Below, one piece after another: positions 29,303 through 38,393 of a stretch of 64,000 nucleotides of DNA (position 1 is its first letter; each line of letters starts with the position of its first letter). Below the pieces are notes generated by a model. It did no database searches. It was not told the origin of the DNA and saw only the letters and a program-made list of their open reading frames with translations. The translations under genes and the position numbers were made by a program. The stretch is taken from IMG/VR virus record IMGVR_UViG_3300042569_003487, positions 77,926-141,925 of that record. One strand, written 5' to 3'. The stretch comes from a virus.

Positions 29303-32067
29303 TAATTGTGATCAATTTTTAATTTAGCAGATCTTACTCCAATACTAGACGGTTGAACTCTAATCTTAACGCTGTACGTATTTCCAGGAGTAATTGTAAT
29401 ATTATTAATAATTGCAACAACGTTTTCAGTTTGACCTGATCCAAGAACTAATTTAAATTCATCTCCATCCTGATCTATTGATATTGAGGCAATTTCAAGA
29501 TTTGTACCAGTTGAGGTATTTGTAATTGGAACAGTTAAATCTCTATCGGCACCGACCTCTGTTGAATTAAATACAATTGTTTCGTTTGCGGTTCCAACAT
29601 TAAAACTTGGGGCACTAACTAGAGTTGAGACATTAATTGTATTAGATACTACGGCATTTGGGCCTTTTACTCTAATTGCGAAAAGATCAGTTCCTGTATA
29701 ATTTGAAGTTGGAATATATCTAATTCCGTAATTTAGGATAGACAAAGTTCCTTGACTAGGCTGTGTAACTATTTCAAACCCATTAAATGAGGATCCATTT
29801 AGATTAACATACGGTAAGGTATTAATATCAACATAAGTATTTCTTGATACTATTTGTTGTGGAATTTGTGCTAATATTGGAGAAGGCGGTTGAACGGTTA
29901 GGGTAGCTGTAACCGTTGAGGTTTGTGCAGTTGGCATATTATCATTAACCGCAGTCGCTGTAATCGTATAGGTACCAGTCGGTACAGTTGTATATGTGAC
30001 TGGGCTATCTGGCGAGCCTGTTCCTAATGAAGAACTGATTGTATAGGTTTTAGCATATTGAGTAGATACATTGATTGTTACATTACTACCGCTTGTTACT
30101 GGCGATGAAAATATTCCAGGATTACTAAAAGAAACCGTTGGAAATGGTGCAAGTACCTCTACTTGAAATTGTTTAGAAAAACTATTTGATAGCGATGTGT
30201 TTTTAAATGGTGACGTATAATTAATAGTTAGAGTGGGGGTAATACTCTCATATGCTGGATTTACTCCCCAAAGAGCAGTAAACGATCTGGTTGAGTTATT
30301 TACGTTAATCAATGGAATAACAGTCGATCCAGTTTGAGTTACGGTAATACCATACAAAGAATCTTCAGAAAATTCTGGAATCCACTCTGGATAAGTTGAG
30401 GTGGCTCCAACTTGGATTGTTCCTGAAATACCCTGTCTTAATAGTTGATTTGCGATATAAGTATCACTAATCGGTTCGCCTACTACAACTTCTTCGTATA
30501 CTTGAAATCCAACTGAATTCTCAAATGCGCCCTTAAGACCAAACCTATAATAACCAGGTACTCTTGGTCTAAAAGATACTGAGATTAATCCCTGTCCATA
30601 TTGATAATATGAAAATCCTGGAATTTCTGGTAAAGAATTTAAGTCGGTATTTGTAGTTACCTCTGCAACATTTTGCCAATCAGTTTCACCTGGGCTGGTT
30701 TTTTGTTGAATTGTCCAAAAAAGAGTTGCAGCGTTTACTTGTTGTAAATTTGCAGAAATCTTATAGACTCCTGGAATAGGATCATCTGGCGACTGTTCAA
30801 TAATAGAAACGTAAGTTCTATCTTGGTTTGCAGCTGATGCTGTAATATATGAATAAGATTGAGATGTTCCAACACTACCGGAGATGGCCTCGGCTGCAAT
30901 ACTAAGAGACGCTAGGTTTTGACCCTGTGGAACACTACTAGTTGTAAAAGTTACAAAGCTTGAATATAAGTAAGAGCCGTCTGATCCCTGAAGATAGGCT
31001 TTTAAATAGTATGGACGATTTGCAGTTAACCCTGAAAGTTGGGTAACTAAATTAGATGGACTGACTCCTGAATTAAATGGGCCAGACTCAAATCTAACTA
31101 CGCCAGGCTGTCCTATTTCTAAGTTTGTAGAATTATCTAGTTTGTAAATAACACCATACCTAACGTAAGCATCGCCTCCACTATTAGTAAAAGTTGAAGT
31201 ACTGATTGCACTAGTTTGTGTAATAGCACTTATGGTTGGGGTAGTAATTGTACTTGCTCCAACCGTACTAAAACTTCCAGTAGGTGATGTCCCTACTCCA
31301 GTTGAGTTTGTTGCAGCTGCAGTTAATGTATACGCAGATCCGGCAATCAATCCATTAAATTGAACAGATATTCCAAGAGAAAAATCAGTAAGGGTTTGGG
31401 TTCCAACTTGCGTACCATTTTTAAACAATTTAAATTGAACACTAGTTACAGTACTACCGCCGTTATTTGAAATTGTGGTTGTTGCAATTACTGAGGTTGC
31501 TGTAATTGAACTAAAAGTCGGTGTTGTTAGCGTTGCAACCGTACCGGTTTGAGGTGGAGTACATGCTTGATATCGAACAGTTTCTCCTATACACTCTCCG
31601 CCATTTGAGGCTGGGGTAACAACGTATCTGGTTTGTTGCTCTTGATAAGATCCATTAATTAATCGGCATGGGCCCCAAGCTCCAACTACAAATGACTCTT
31701 GAGTTTCTCCATAACCCCAATCGCTTAATACACAATTGACTGGGCTTCCTCCAACTACACATTCGTTATGATCAAAACATGAAGTAAATCCTCCAGAAAC
31801 TGTTATGTCATATTGACCAGGATCAAACACATAGTCGCCGTATACCCTAATTAAAGGTTGTGAGGTTGAACATACTGCTAAAGTTACAATTGACCCATTT
31901 TGACTTTGAAACCAGTTTGAAGCTTGTACAATAGTCGACTGGTTACTAGAAAAATCAGTATATTGAAACTCAACTGCATTAATTGGAGTTTGATTAGTAT
32001 CAATGTCAATTTGATAACAAAATGGACTTCCATTTACTTCTTCCGGTTGGTCTATGAATGCTGGCAT
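29302..32067 (-). CDS. Multi-domain virion adhesin: TSP1-like, two FN3-like, Ig/cadherin-like and C-terminal ASH-like domains
   Basis: PVNCVLSDW...WGPC...QTRYVVTPASNGGEC...QAC; GLIAGSAYTLTAAATNSTG; GLTANRPYYLKAY; QPSQGTL...YIPTSNYTGTDLF. Confidence 0.65.
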   Translation of the reverse strand: MPAFIDQPEEVNGSPFCYQIDIDTNQTPINAVEFQYTDFSSNQSTIVQASNWFQSQNGSIVTLAVCSTSQPLIRVYGDYVFDPGQYDITVSGGFTSCFDHNECVVGGSPVNCVLSDWGYGETQESFVVGAWGPCRLINGSYQEQQTRYVVTPASNGGECIGETVRYQACTPPQTGTVATLTTPTFSSITATSVIATTTISNNGGSTVTSVQFKLFKNGTQVGTQTLTDFSLGISVQFNGLIAGSAYTLTAAATNSTGVGTSPTGSFSTVGASTITTPTISAITQTSAISTSTFTNSGGDAYVRYGVIYKLDNSTNLEIGQPGVVRFESGPFNSGVSPSNLVTQLSGLTANRPYYLKAYLQGSDGSYLYSSFVTFTTSSVPQGQNLASLSIAAEAISGSVGTSQSYSYITASAANQDRTYVSIIEQSPDDPIPGVYKISANLQQVNAATLFWTIQQKTSPGETDWQNVAEVTTNTDLNSLPEIPGFSYYQYGQGLISVSFRPRVPGYYRFGLKGAFENSVGFQVYEEVVVGEPISDTYIANQLLRQGISGTIQVGATSTYPEWIPEFSEDSLYGITVTQTGSTVIPLINVNNSTRSFTALWGVNPAYESITPTLTINYTSPFKNTSLSNSFSKQFQVEVLAPFPTVSFSNPGIFSSPVTSGSNVTINVSTQYAKTYTISSSLGTGSPDSPVTYTTVPTGTYTITATAVNDNMPTAQTSTVTATLTVQPPSPILAQIPQQIVSRNTYVDINTLPYVNLNGSSFNGFEIVTQPSQGTLSILNYGIRYIPTSNYTGTDLFAIRVKGPNAVVSNTINVSTLVSAPSFNVGTANETIVFNSTEVGADRDLTVPITNTSTGTNLEIASISIDQDGDEFKLVLGSGQTENVVAIINNITITPGNTYSVKIRVQPSSIGVRSAKLKIDHN

Positions 32068-32068
32068 A

Positions 32069-34633
32069 TTAGTTTTGAGTTACTTTTACTGTAAAATTAT
32101 TTGTATTTGAACTTTCTTTAGCAGTAGCATATACTTTATTATTTACAACTTTATATCTAAATTTAGAAATAGCACTATGTGTTGACGCATTTAATTGAGT
32201 AACTAAATTATCGATATTTGAATAGGTTGGAACTGTGTATGGATCGTGTAAACCTAATCTTATTTTATGACCGACGGTTGGTGCATCAATTGAAAATCCT
32301 TGTAAGAAATCTGATTGATACGATAATTGATAGAATTTAGTATGGAAGAGATCTCCAATTTTTGCATTAGAAATATCACTCACTCTAGGCTTAACCGAAT
32401 TGTCTCCAAGTCCCCAAGAATACGCATAATCTGAAACTAGGGTTGGATCGCTAACGACCTTAAATTCACCAGTTAGCTTGTCTTTTATTTTTGCTTGAGT
32501 CGGTGCTGTATTATTACTAAAGTTATTTGCGTAATATGACCAATCGAATAGTTCTTTTTCTAAATCAATTGATCCTATTTTTTGGGTGAATGAAGGAATT
32601 GTTACATTTGGGTTAAACATGTAACTTCCTCCCATATCTCCGACTGTAACATTAGTTAAGTCTTTAAACTGATATGAAAACTTATCTGATGTTCTGGTAA
32701 AACCAACTGTAGTTGAAATAGTTGGATTTACTTTAAATTTAATAAAATCTACAGATATTCCAGCAAATTGATCGTATACTCTTGCTTCAATTAAATATTC
32801 TCCAATATATGGTAAAACATGTGCAATCTTATTGAAATCATAAATGTTTCCTCTATAACTCCACTTATATGCGTTTGGTGAGTTTGGTTCCGGATTCTTT
32901 GTAATTATCCATTCAATATCAACTAAATTTAGATATACTGCAATATCTCTTAGTCTTACTCCTTCAGTTTCTAAATCGCTAAATGTTATTCCATCATAGT
33001 CTAACATTTGATACAGTGGAAGATTTGCTTTTAAAATAATAGGGCAGCCTATTTGTGATTGTTCATTAACTTCGCCATTCGACCAATAGTAAGATCTTCC
33101 GTGCTTTCTCCATTCTTCAATTGAAACCTGTTCATAAAATGTGGTTATTGCTAATATTAGAGCTTTTTGTTGAGCTGCTGAATAGGTTTGACCTCCGTCA
33201 TATGGATTTACAATTGCAGAAAAGACTGGGGTCATATCAATCTGCGGTTGAAGTAGCCCTGGTAAAATATTAGGTACACCCTTTCCGGTATTAAATGAAT
33301 ATTTAGGAAACCCTTCTAAAATTTTAGTTGGATTACCTATTTCAGCCTTGTCTGAATAGAATAATGGTCTAATATCTCTAATGTATGGAACGGCAATTTC
33401 AGATGAAGGTGAATGGACGCTTGCTTTGATTTTAGTGTTAATATTAACACTTTTAATCTCTGTGTCATCTGTCCAATATCTAAGATTAAATTTTTCAAAA
33501 AATATAAATTCACCAATAATATCCCTAACTACAACGTTTATAGGTAGAATTTCGCGCTTTAACTTTTTAGCAAGACCGTCTAATTTATAAAAAATCTCGG
33601 CTGGAGTAAAATCCGTAGTTTCAACTACTTCAGGTAAACCGTCATCGTCGTAATTATCAGTTGCTTTGGTAAATTGATAGCACAGTGCTAAAAATGAAGT
33701 TTTCTTAAATTGAGCAGAATCTGTTAAGGCTCCACCAGTAGAAACACTAACCATATTATCAATTTTGCCATCATCTAACATATCTGTAATGTTAACTAGT
33801 GCAAATGTATTTAAATATTGAGAGGTTGAGTTTGAGTTTTTCCAAAATTCTTTAGCTTCAAGAACATCTTTATATCCAAACAGATTGATAAAATTAACTA
33901 AACCTTTATAGGTACCGACATATGGAAAAACCTGATCGCGATTTACTAAAATTTCCTTTCTTGCCTGGTTAATCTGTTCCCAATCTGGTAAACCTTCTTT
34001 AATGTTATAATCTTTTAATAGTTGAGCATCTTCAATGTGAAACGATATTCCAAAATTTTCCATCCAATTACGATATCTAGAATCCTCGTCTACACCTTCT
34101 CCATAATAGTCTATTTCAAGTATTTTGGTTGAAGTAATATTTCCATTTGATACAATTTCGTGATATGCAAGTAGCTTTCTGGTATAAATTTTTTCTTCAG
34201 TTGGAGAAAAGGCAATATTTACCTGCATTGGATATTTAATGTAAAGTTGCGAAGAAGACCCGTTTGAAAAATCTGAATGATTTAACGTGATTGAATCGGC
34301 TTTTTCAATAAAGGGTAAGTCTGTATCACTATTACCACTTATATCCTGTTTTATATTATAGAAAAAGAAGCTATTTGTAGGGTCAGATGTTTCCCATTTA
34401 AAAACAATTCTCTCGTTTTGGTTAAGTGTTGGAAAAAGATACTCTGGGTTAGAGTATTCCAAGATAAAGATTTGTCGACTATCAAATAAGCCTAATGATA
34501 CTGGTTTAATATACTCTCGACCATACTGCCAGGCAATAGAGTCACTTTTACTAGTTTCAGCATTATACTTAGTAAACTGGAAGTTATAGTTTTCACCAAA
34601 CTTATCAAAAAATATGAGGTTAGACAGTTGCAT
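32069..34633 (-). CDS. Putative baseplate wedge-like structural protein
   Basis: YVGTYKGLVNFINLFGY recalls wedge/tail-I motifs; ATG at 34633 (ORF track starts at TTG 34636); late promoter upstream. Confidence 0.45.
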   Translation of the reverse strand: MQLSNLIFFDKFGENYNFQFTKYNAETSKSDSIAWQYGREYIKPVSLGLFDSRQIFILEYSNPEYLFPTLNQNERIVFKWETSDPTNSFFFYNIKQDISGNSDTDLPFIEKADSITLNHSDFSNGSSSQLYIKYPMQVNIAFSPTEEKIYTRKLLAYHEIVSNGNITSTKILEIDYYGEGVDEDSRYRNWMENFGISFHIEDAQLLKDYNIKEGLPDWEQINQARKEILVNRDQVFPYVGTYKGLVNFINLFGYKDVLEAKEFWKNSNSTSQYLNTFALVNITDMLDDGKIDNMVSVSTGGALTDSAQFKKTSFLALCYQFTKATDNYDDDGLPEVVETTDFTPAEIFYKLDGLAKKLKREILPINVVVRDIIGEFIFFEKFNLRYWTDDTEIKSVNINTKIKASVHSPSSEIAVPYIRDIRPLFYSDKAEIGNPTKILEGFPKYSFNTGKGVPNILPGLLQPQIDMTPVFSAIVNPYDGGQTYSAAQQKALILAITTFYEQVSIEEWRKHGRSYYWSNGEVNEQSQIGCPIILKANLPLYQMLDYDGITFSDLETEGVRLRDIAVYLNLVDIEWIITKNPEPNSPNAYKWSYRGNIYDFNKIAHVLPYIGEYLIEARVYDQFAGISVDFIKFKVNPTISTTVGFTRTSDKFSYQFKDLTNVTVGDMGGSYMFNPNVTIPSFTQKIGSIDLEKELFDWSYYANNFSNNTAPTQAKIKDKLTGEFKVVSDPTLVSDYAYSWGLGDNSVKPRVSDISNAKIGDLFHTKFYQLSYQSDFLQGFSIDAPTVGHKIRLGLHDPYTVPTYSNIDNLVTQLNASTHSAISKFRYKVVNNKVYATAKESSNTNNFTVKVTQN

Positions 34634-34649
34634 CAACTTGGCTTTTTGT

Positions 34650-34657
34650 TATTTATT
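34650..34657 (-). promoter_or_regulatory. Late promoter AATAAATA inside inverted repeats
   Basis: Flanked by TGGCT/AGCCA and AACTTG/CAAGTT. Confidence 0.65.
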
Positions 34658-34674
34658 AGCCAGGAATTGGCAAG

Positions 34675-35094
34675 TTAGATAGTGTAGATTTCGCTCTCGC
34701 CAGAATGACTTAGTGAGATAGTTACGATCTTTTCACCCTTTCCTATATGTTTATAGATCTTCTTGTATTCCTTGGCATATCCATTTTTTGCAATTTGGGT
34801 AAAATACGCAAATGCATTATTGGATTTTTCTTCATTAAAGTTCCTCCAATATCGTAAAAGATCTAAAAGAGCTGATTGAATACAGTCTTCCCTGTCTAGT
34901 GGATTTTGGAATTTTAATTTTTGAATAGCACGATTTGCTAAAAGGATAAAATAGTCGATTGCTTTTGGGGAAAGTTCGCCTTTTGTATGCTGATAACCAG
35001 TTTCTTCATTTAAGAGACCGTGTTTACAACGGATAATTTCATTTGTGAAGTCTCTATTATTAATATAATACTTCGGGTCTTTAATTCTTGCCAT
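34675..35094 (-). CDS. gp55: T4 gp55-like late-transcription sigma factor
   Basis: YYINNRDF...REDCIQ...NFNEEKSNNAFAYFTQI signature; matching late promoter motif throughout the window. Confidence 0.85.
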   Translation of the reverse strand: MARIKDPKYYINNRDFTNEIIRCKHGLLNEETGYQHTKGELSPKAIDYFILLANRAIQKLKFQNPLDREDCIQSALLDLLRYWRNFNEEKSNNAFAYFTQIAKNGYAKEYKKIYKHIGKGEKIVTISLSHSGESEIYTI

Positions 35095-35756
35095 TAGTTT
35101 AGGGCCTGGTAAATTTTTAATACACTTAAATAAGAATCGACTAGGTCTGGAAATGGTGATTTAATTTCAGAAGCTGTGACTAGTTCTGTACTATATTTAT
35201 TTAAGCATTGAGCTAGGGCAGAGTTTCGTGCTGCCTCTATTTTAGGGTCTTCTATAAATTGATTAAAGACATCAAACTTATTAGCGTTACCCTTTGCTCC
35301 TATTGCATTTTTTAATTCTGATGGAGAAAATATGAATAACCCAGCTAAGTTATTATCAAGTAATCTATCAGTAATAGTTTTTTTAAGAATTCCTGTAGTT
35401 TGGACAATATCAACTAGTGAATTACCCTTTGCTCCATAAGCAAAGCCTTCAATTCCAACAATAATAGGTTTTTGTGAAACTTTAGTTAAGACAGTATCAA
35501 TTAAAGTATTAACTAAAAGTAATTGATTTTGCAGTTTCTTTCTTTCAGTATCGGAATAACTTAAGCCTTTATTATTCTTTTCACCTAAATTAACAATATG
35601 AATATCTGGAAACTCTAAATTGATTCCTTCTAAGAAGTGAAGGTAAGACTTACTTAATTTAGTATTGGTGACAGCAACCCATTTAAAGGTCTTGAAATCA
35701 TGACTGATACAAGCCGCTGGGAAGTTAATAGAGAAGTCAAATCCTATAATAGTCAC
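35094..35756 (-). CDS. RuvC-like (RNase H fold) nuclease / resolvase
   Basis: IIGFDFS, VGIEGFAYG, PSELK...GNANK and DLVDSY acidic motifs. Confidence 0.7.
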   Translation of the reverse strand: MTIIGFDFSINFPAACISHDFKTFKWVAVTNTKLSKSYLHFLEGINLEFPDIHIVNLGEKNNKGLSYSDTERKKLQNQLLLVNTLIDTVLTKVSQKPIIVGIEGFAYGAKGNSLVDIVQTTGILKKTITDRLLDNNLAGLFIFSPSELKNAIGAKGNANKFDVFNQFIEDPKIEAARNSALAQCLNKYSTELVTASEIKSPFPDLVDSYLSVLKIYQALN

Positions 35757-35857
35757 GCATAGTTAAGTAATTTGTAATACTTTACTGAAAAATTTATAAA
35801 AGGTTTCTAAAACCTTCTTCAAAAGCACTATAAAATAAGGGAAAGGTTTGGGAGGGT

Positions 35858-35940
35858 GTCAGACTGATAATCAGACTGATACTTATCGACTCTATTCTCT
35901 TTATTTTTTTAAAAATAAAGAATTAGAGACTCAGTCTGAC
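35858..35940. repeat. Large imperfect inverted repeat with internal direct repeats at the strand switch
   Basis: GTCAGACTGA (35858-67) / TCAGTCTGAC (35931-40); CTTTATTTTT / AAAAATAAAG core; TCAGACTGATA twice. Confidence 0.8.
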
Positions 35941-35985
35941 CAAAACTTAAGACTCTTTAGTATATTGTTTCTAAATTATTAGGCA

Positions 35986-36735
35986 ATGTTTACACCACAA
36001 CAAATTTCTAAGATGGTCTTTTTTGATATTGAGACCTCTACTACTACACAGGATGCTGGTTCCTTGAGCCCCGCACTACAGAATCAATGGCACAAACGTG
36101 CTGAATACCTTCGTGATACTCTTTCACAAAAATATCCAGATAATAAGACCCTAAGTGATGAAGACCTTTTTACCCAAAAGGCTGCACTTCAAGCAGAGTT
36201 CGGCAGAATAGTCTGTATTAGTTTTGGTCGTATTGTTTATAAAGACGGCGAACCTACATTTACAGTTGCTGCTATTTCAGGAGAAAACGAAGAAGAACTC
36301 TTAACTAAAGCCCAAAAATCTATTTCTAAAATATTTGCAACTGGAGGAACCCTAGTTGGTCATAATATTAAAAGATTTGATATTCCTTATCTATGTAAGA
36401 GATTATTAATTAATGGTTTGGCTATTCCAGACGAACTCCATTTTCATAACAAGAAACCTTGGGAAATTCCAATGCAAGATACAATGGACGTTTGGTCATT
36501 TGGAGCTTGGCAAGAAGGCTTTGCTTCACTAGATCTTATTTGTGGAGTTCTTGATATTCCATCACCTAAAGGAGCAATGCGAGGTGAAGAAGTTCCGGCT
36601 GCGTTTTGGGAAGGTCGTCTTCAAGAAATTGCTCAATATAATATGGAAGATGTCATTGCACTCGGGCGTATTATATTAAAGGTCTCAGGACTAAACTTGT
36701 TTGAAGAAGAGAGTATAACAAGAAATACGCTATAA
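35986..36735 (+). CDS. Stand-alone DnaQ-like (PolB-related) 3'-5' exonuclease
   Basis: Exo I FFDIET, Exo II GHNIKRFDIPYL, Exo III YNMEDV. Confidence 0.85.
   Translation: MFTPQQISKMVFFDIETSTTTQDAGSLSPALQNQWHKRAEYLRDTLSQKYPDNKTLSDEDLFTQKAALQAEFGRIVCISFGRIVYKDGEPTFTVAAISGENEEELLTKAQKSISKIFATGGTLVGHNIKRFDIPYLCKRLLINGLAIPDELHFHNKKPWEIPMQDTMDVWSFGAWQEGFASLDLICGVLDIPSPKGAMRGEEVPAAFWEGRLQEIAQYNMEDVIALGRIILKVSGLNLFEEESITRNTL
36693..36719 (+). promoter_or_regulatory. Putative pre-replicative promoter AAAC-N16-GTATAAC
   Basis: Same spacing as the copies at 42639 and 48555. Confidence 0.45.
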
Positions 36736-36753
36736 AAATATTTAAAAAGATAA

Positions 36754-38346
36754 ATGTCAAAGACTATAATTTTTGATGCTGATGCAAGAAACCGACTTAA
36801 AGTTGGTGTTGATACATTAGCAAATTCAGTAAAAGTAACAATGGGTCCAGGTGGACGTAATGTTGTTATTGCAAGAGACGGTGGATTAGCTGTCACAAAA
36901 GATGGAGTTTCTGTTGCTAGAGAAGTTGAACTGTCAGATAATATTGCTGATGTTGGTGCACAAATGGTAAAACAAGTTGCGCATAAAGTAGCACAATTAG
37001 CTGGTGACGGAACTACAACTGCAACTGTATTAACTCAAGAAATTTTTAATCGTGGACTTAAAGCAGTTGCGACTGGTGCAAATCCAATTGAATTAAAAAG
37101 AGGAATGGATGCAGCTTTATCTGAAGTAGTTGAGGCATTATCGAATTCTTCAATTCCAGTTAAAGATCTTACGCACATTCACCAAGTTGCAACAATTTCT
37201 GCCAATAACGATGAGTCAATGGGTGCCCTAATTACCCAATGTATGGAGGCAGTTGGTTTTGATGGAATTATTACAGTTGAACAAAGTAAGTCTGCTGAAA
37301 CTTATGTTGATATTGTAGAAGGAATGCAATTTAAGTCTGGTTACCTATCACCATATTTTATTAATTCTAATGAGAAACCTCAAGTTGAATTTGAAAACGC
37401 TTTAGTTCTACTTGTTGATGGTAAAGTATCAGTCTTAAATGATATTGTTCAATTTTTAGAATATTCAAATCAAAAAGGTCGACCACTTTTAGTTATTTCT
37501 GAAAGTGTAGATGGAGATGCTCTAAATACAATGGTACTTAATAAATTAAGAGGCACAATTAAAGCAGCGGCTGTACGTGCACCAGGTTTTGGTGAATTAC
37601 GTAAAGAAAATCTTGATGATATTGCAATTTTAACAGGGGCAAAAACTGTTTCTGAACGTGAAGGTTATACGCTAAGCGAAACGGTTGCATCTGAAGTATT
37701 AGGTTCAGCTAATAAAGTTATTATTACTGCAGAATCTACTACAATAATTGGAGGAGACGGCGAGGCTGAATCAATTAAAGAAAGAATTACTGATATTAAT
37801 GCTCAAATTGAAAATAGTACCAGTGAATCTGCTTCGTTAATACTTAAAGAGCGTCTTGCTAGATTAGATGGAGGAGTTGCAATTATTAAAGTTGGAGCCC
37901 ACTCTGAAATTGAAATGCGCGAAAAAATAGATCGTATTGATGATGCAATTGGAGCCACTAGAGCCGCTGTTGAAGAAGGTATTGTTGTAGGCGGTGGAGT
38001 TGCTCTTTGTAAAATTGCAGAATCACTTAAACCAACTATTGATACTACGCCAAACTTTGAACATAGACTCGGTCGTACAATCTTATTGGAATCATGTTTA
38101 GCGCCATTTCAAGTAATTTTAAATAATGCTGGAGAATCACCAGATGCAGTTCTTGCACAAATGAAAAATCTTGGTAAAGAATATAACGTTAAGGCTAGAG
38201 AATACTGTGACTTTATTGAATCTGGTATCATTGATCCTGTGAAAGTTACTAGGGTTGCACTAGAAAATGCAGTTTCAATTGCTTCTATGATGCTAACCAC
38301 CGAGTGCCTAATGGTTCAGGATAAAACTACAGAAACTAAGGCTTAA
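36754..38346 (+). CDS. groEL: Chaperonin GroEL
   Basis: VKVTMGPGGRNV, TKDGVSVA, AGDGTTTAT, GIIDPVKVTRVALENAVS. Confidence 0.97.
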   Translation: MSKTIIFDADARNRLKVGVDTLANSVKVTMGPGGRNVVIARDGGLAVTKDGVSVAREVELSDNIADVGAQMVKQVAHKVAQLAGDGTTTATVLTQEIFNRGLKAVATGANPIELKRGMDAALSEVVEALSNSSIPVKDLTHIHQVATISANNDESMGALITQCMEAVGFDGIITVEQSKSAETYVDIVEGMQFKSGYLSPYFINSNEKPQVEFENALVLLVDGKVSVLNDIVQFLEYSNQKGRPLLVISESVDGDALNTMVLNKLRGTIKAAAVRAPGFGELRKENLDDIAILTGAKTVSEREGYTLSETVASEVLGSANKVIITAESTTIIGGDGEAESIKERITDINAQIENSTSESASLILKERLARLDGGVAIIKVGAHSEIEMREKIDRIDDAIGATRAAVEEGIVVGGGVALCKIAESLKPTIDTTPNFEHRLGRTILLESCLAPFQVILNNAGESPDAVLAQMKNLGKEYNVKAREYCDFIESGIIDPVKVTRVALENAVSIASMMLTTECLMVQDKTTETKA

Positions 38347-38367
38347 TTATATTTTGCCTAAGTCTTC

Positions 38368-38375
38368 GTTAAATA
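38368..38375 (+). promoter_or_regulatory. Late-promoter variant GTTAAATA in the loop of an 8-bp inverted repeat
   Basis: AAGTCTTC (38360-67) / GAAGACTT (38383-90), ending 3 nt before the TTG start. Confidence 0.5.
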
Positions 38376-38393
38376 AAAAAAAGAAGACTTGCT

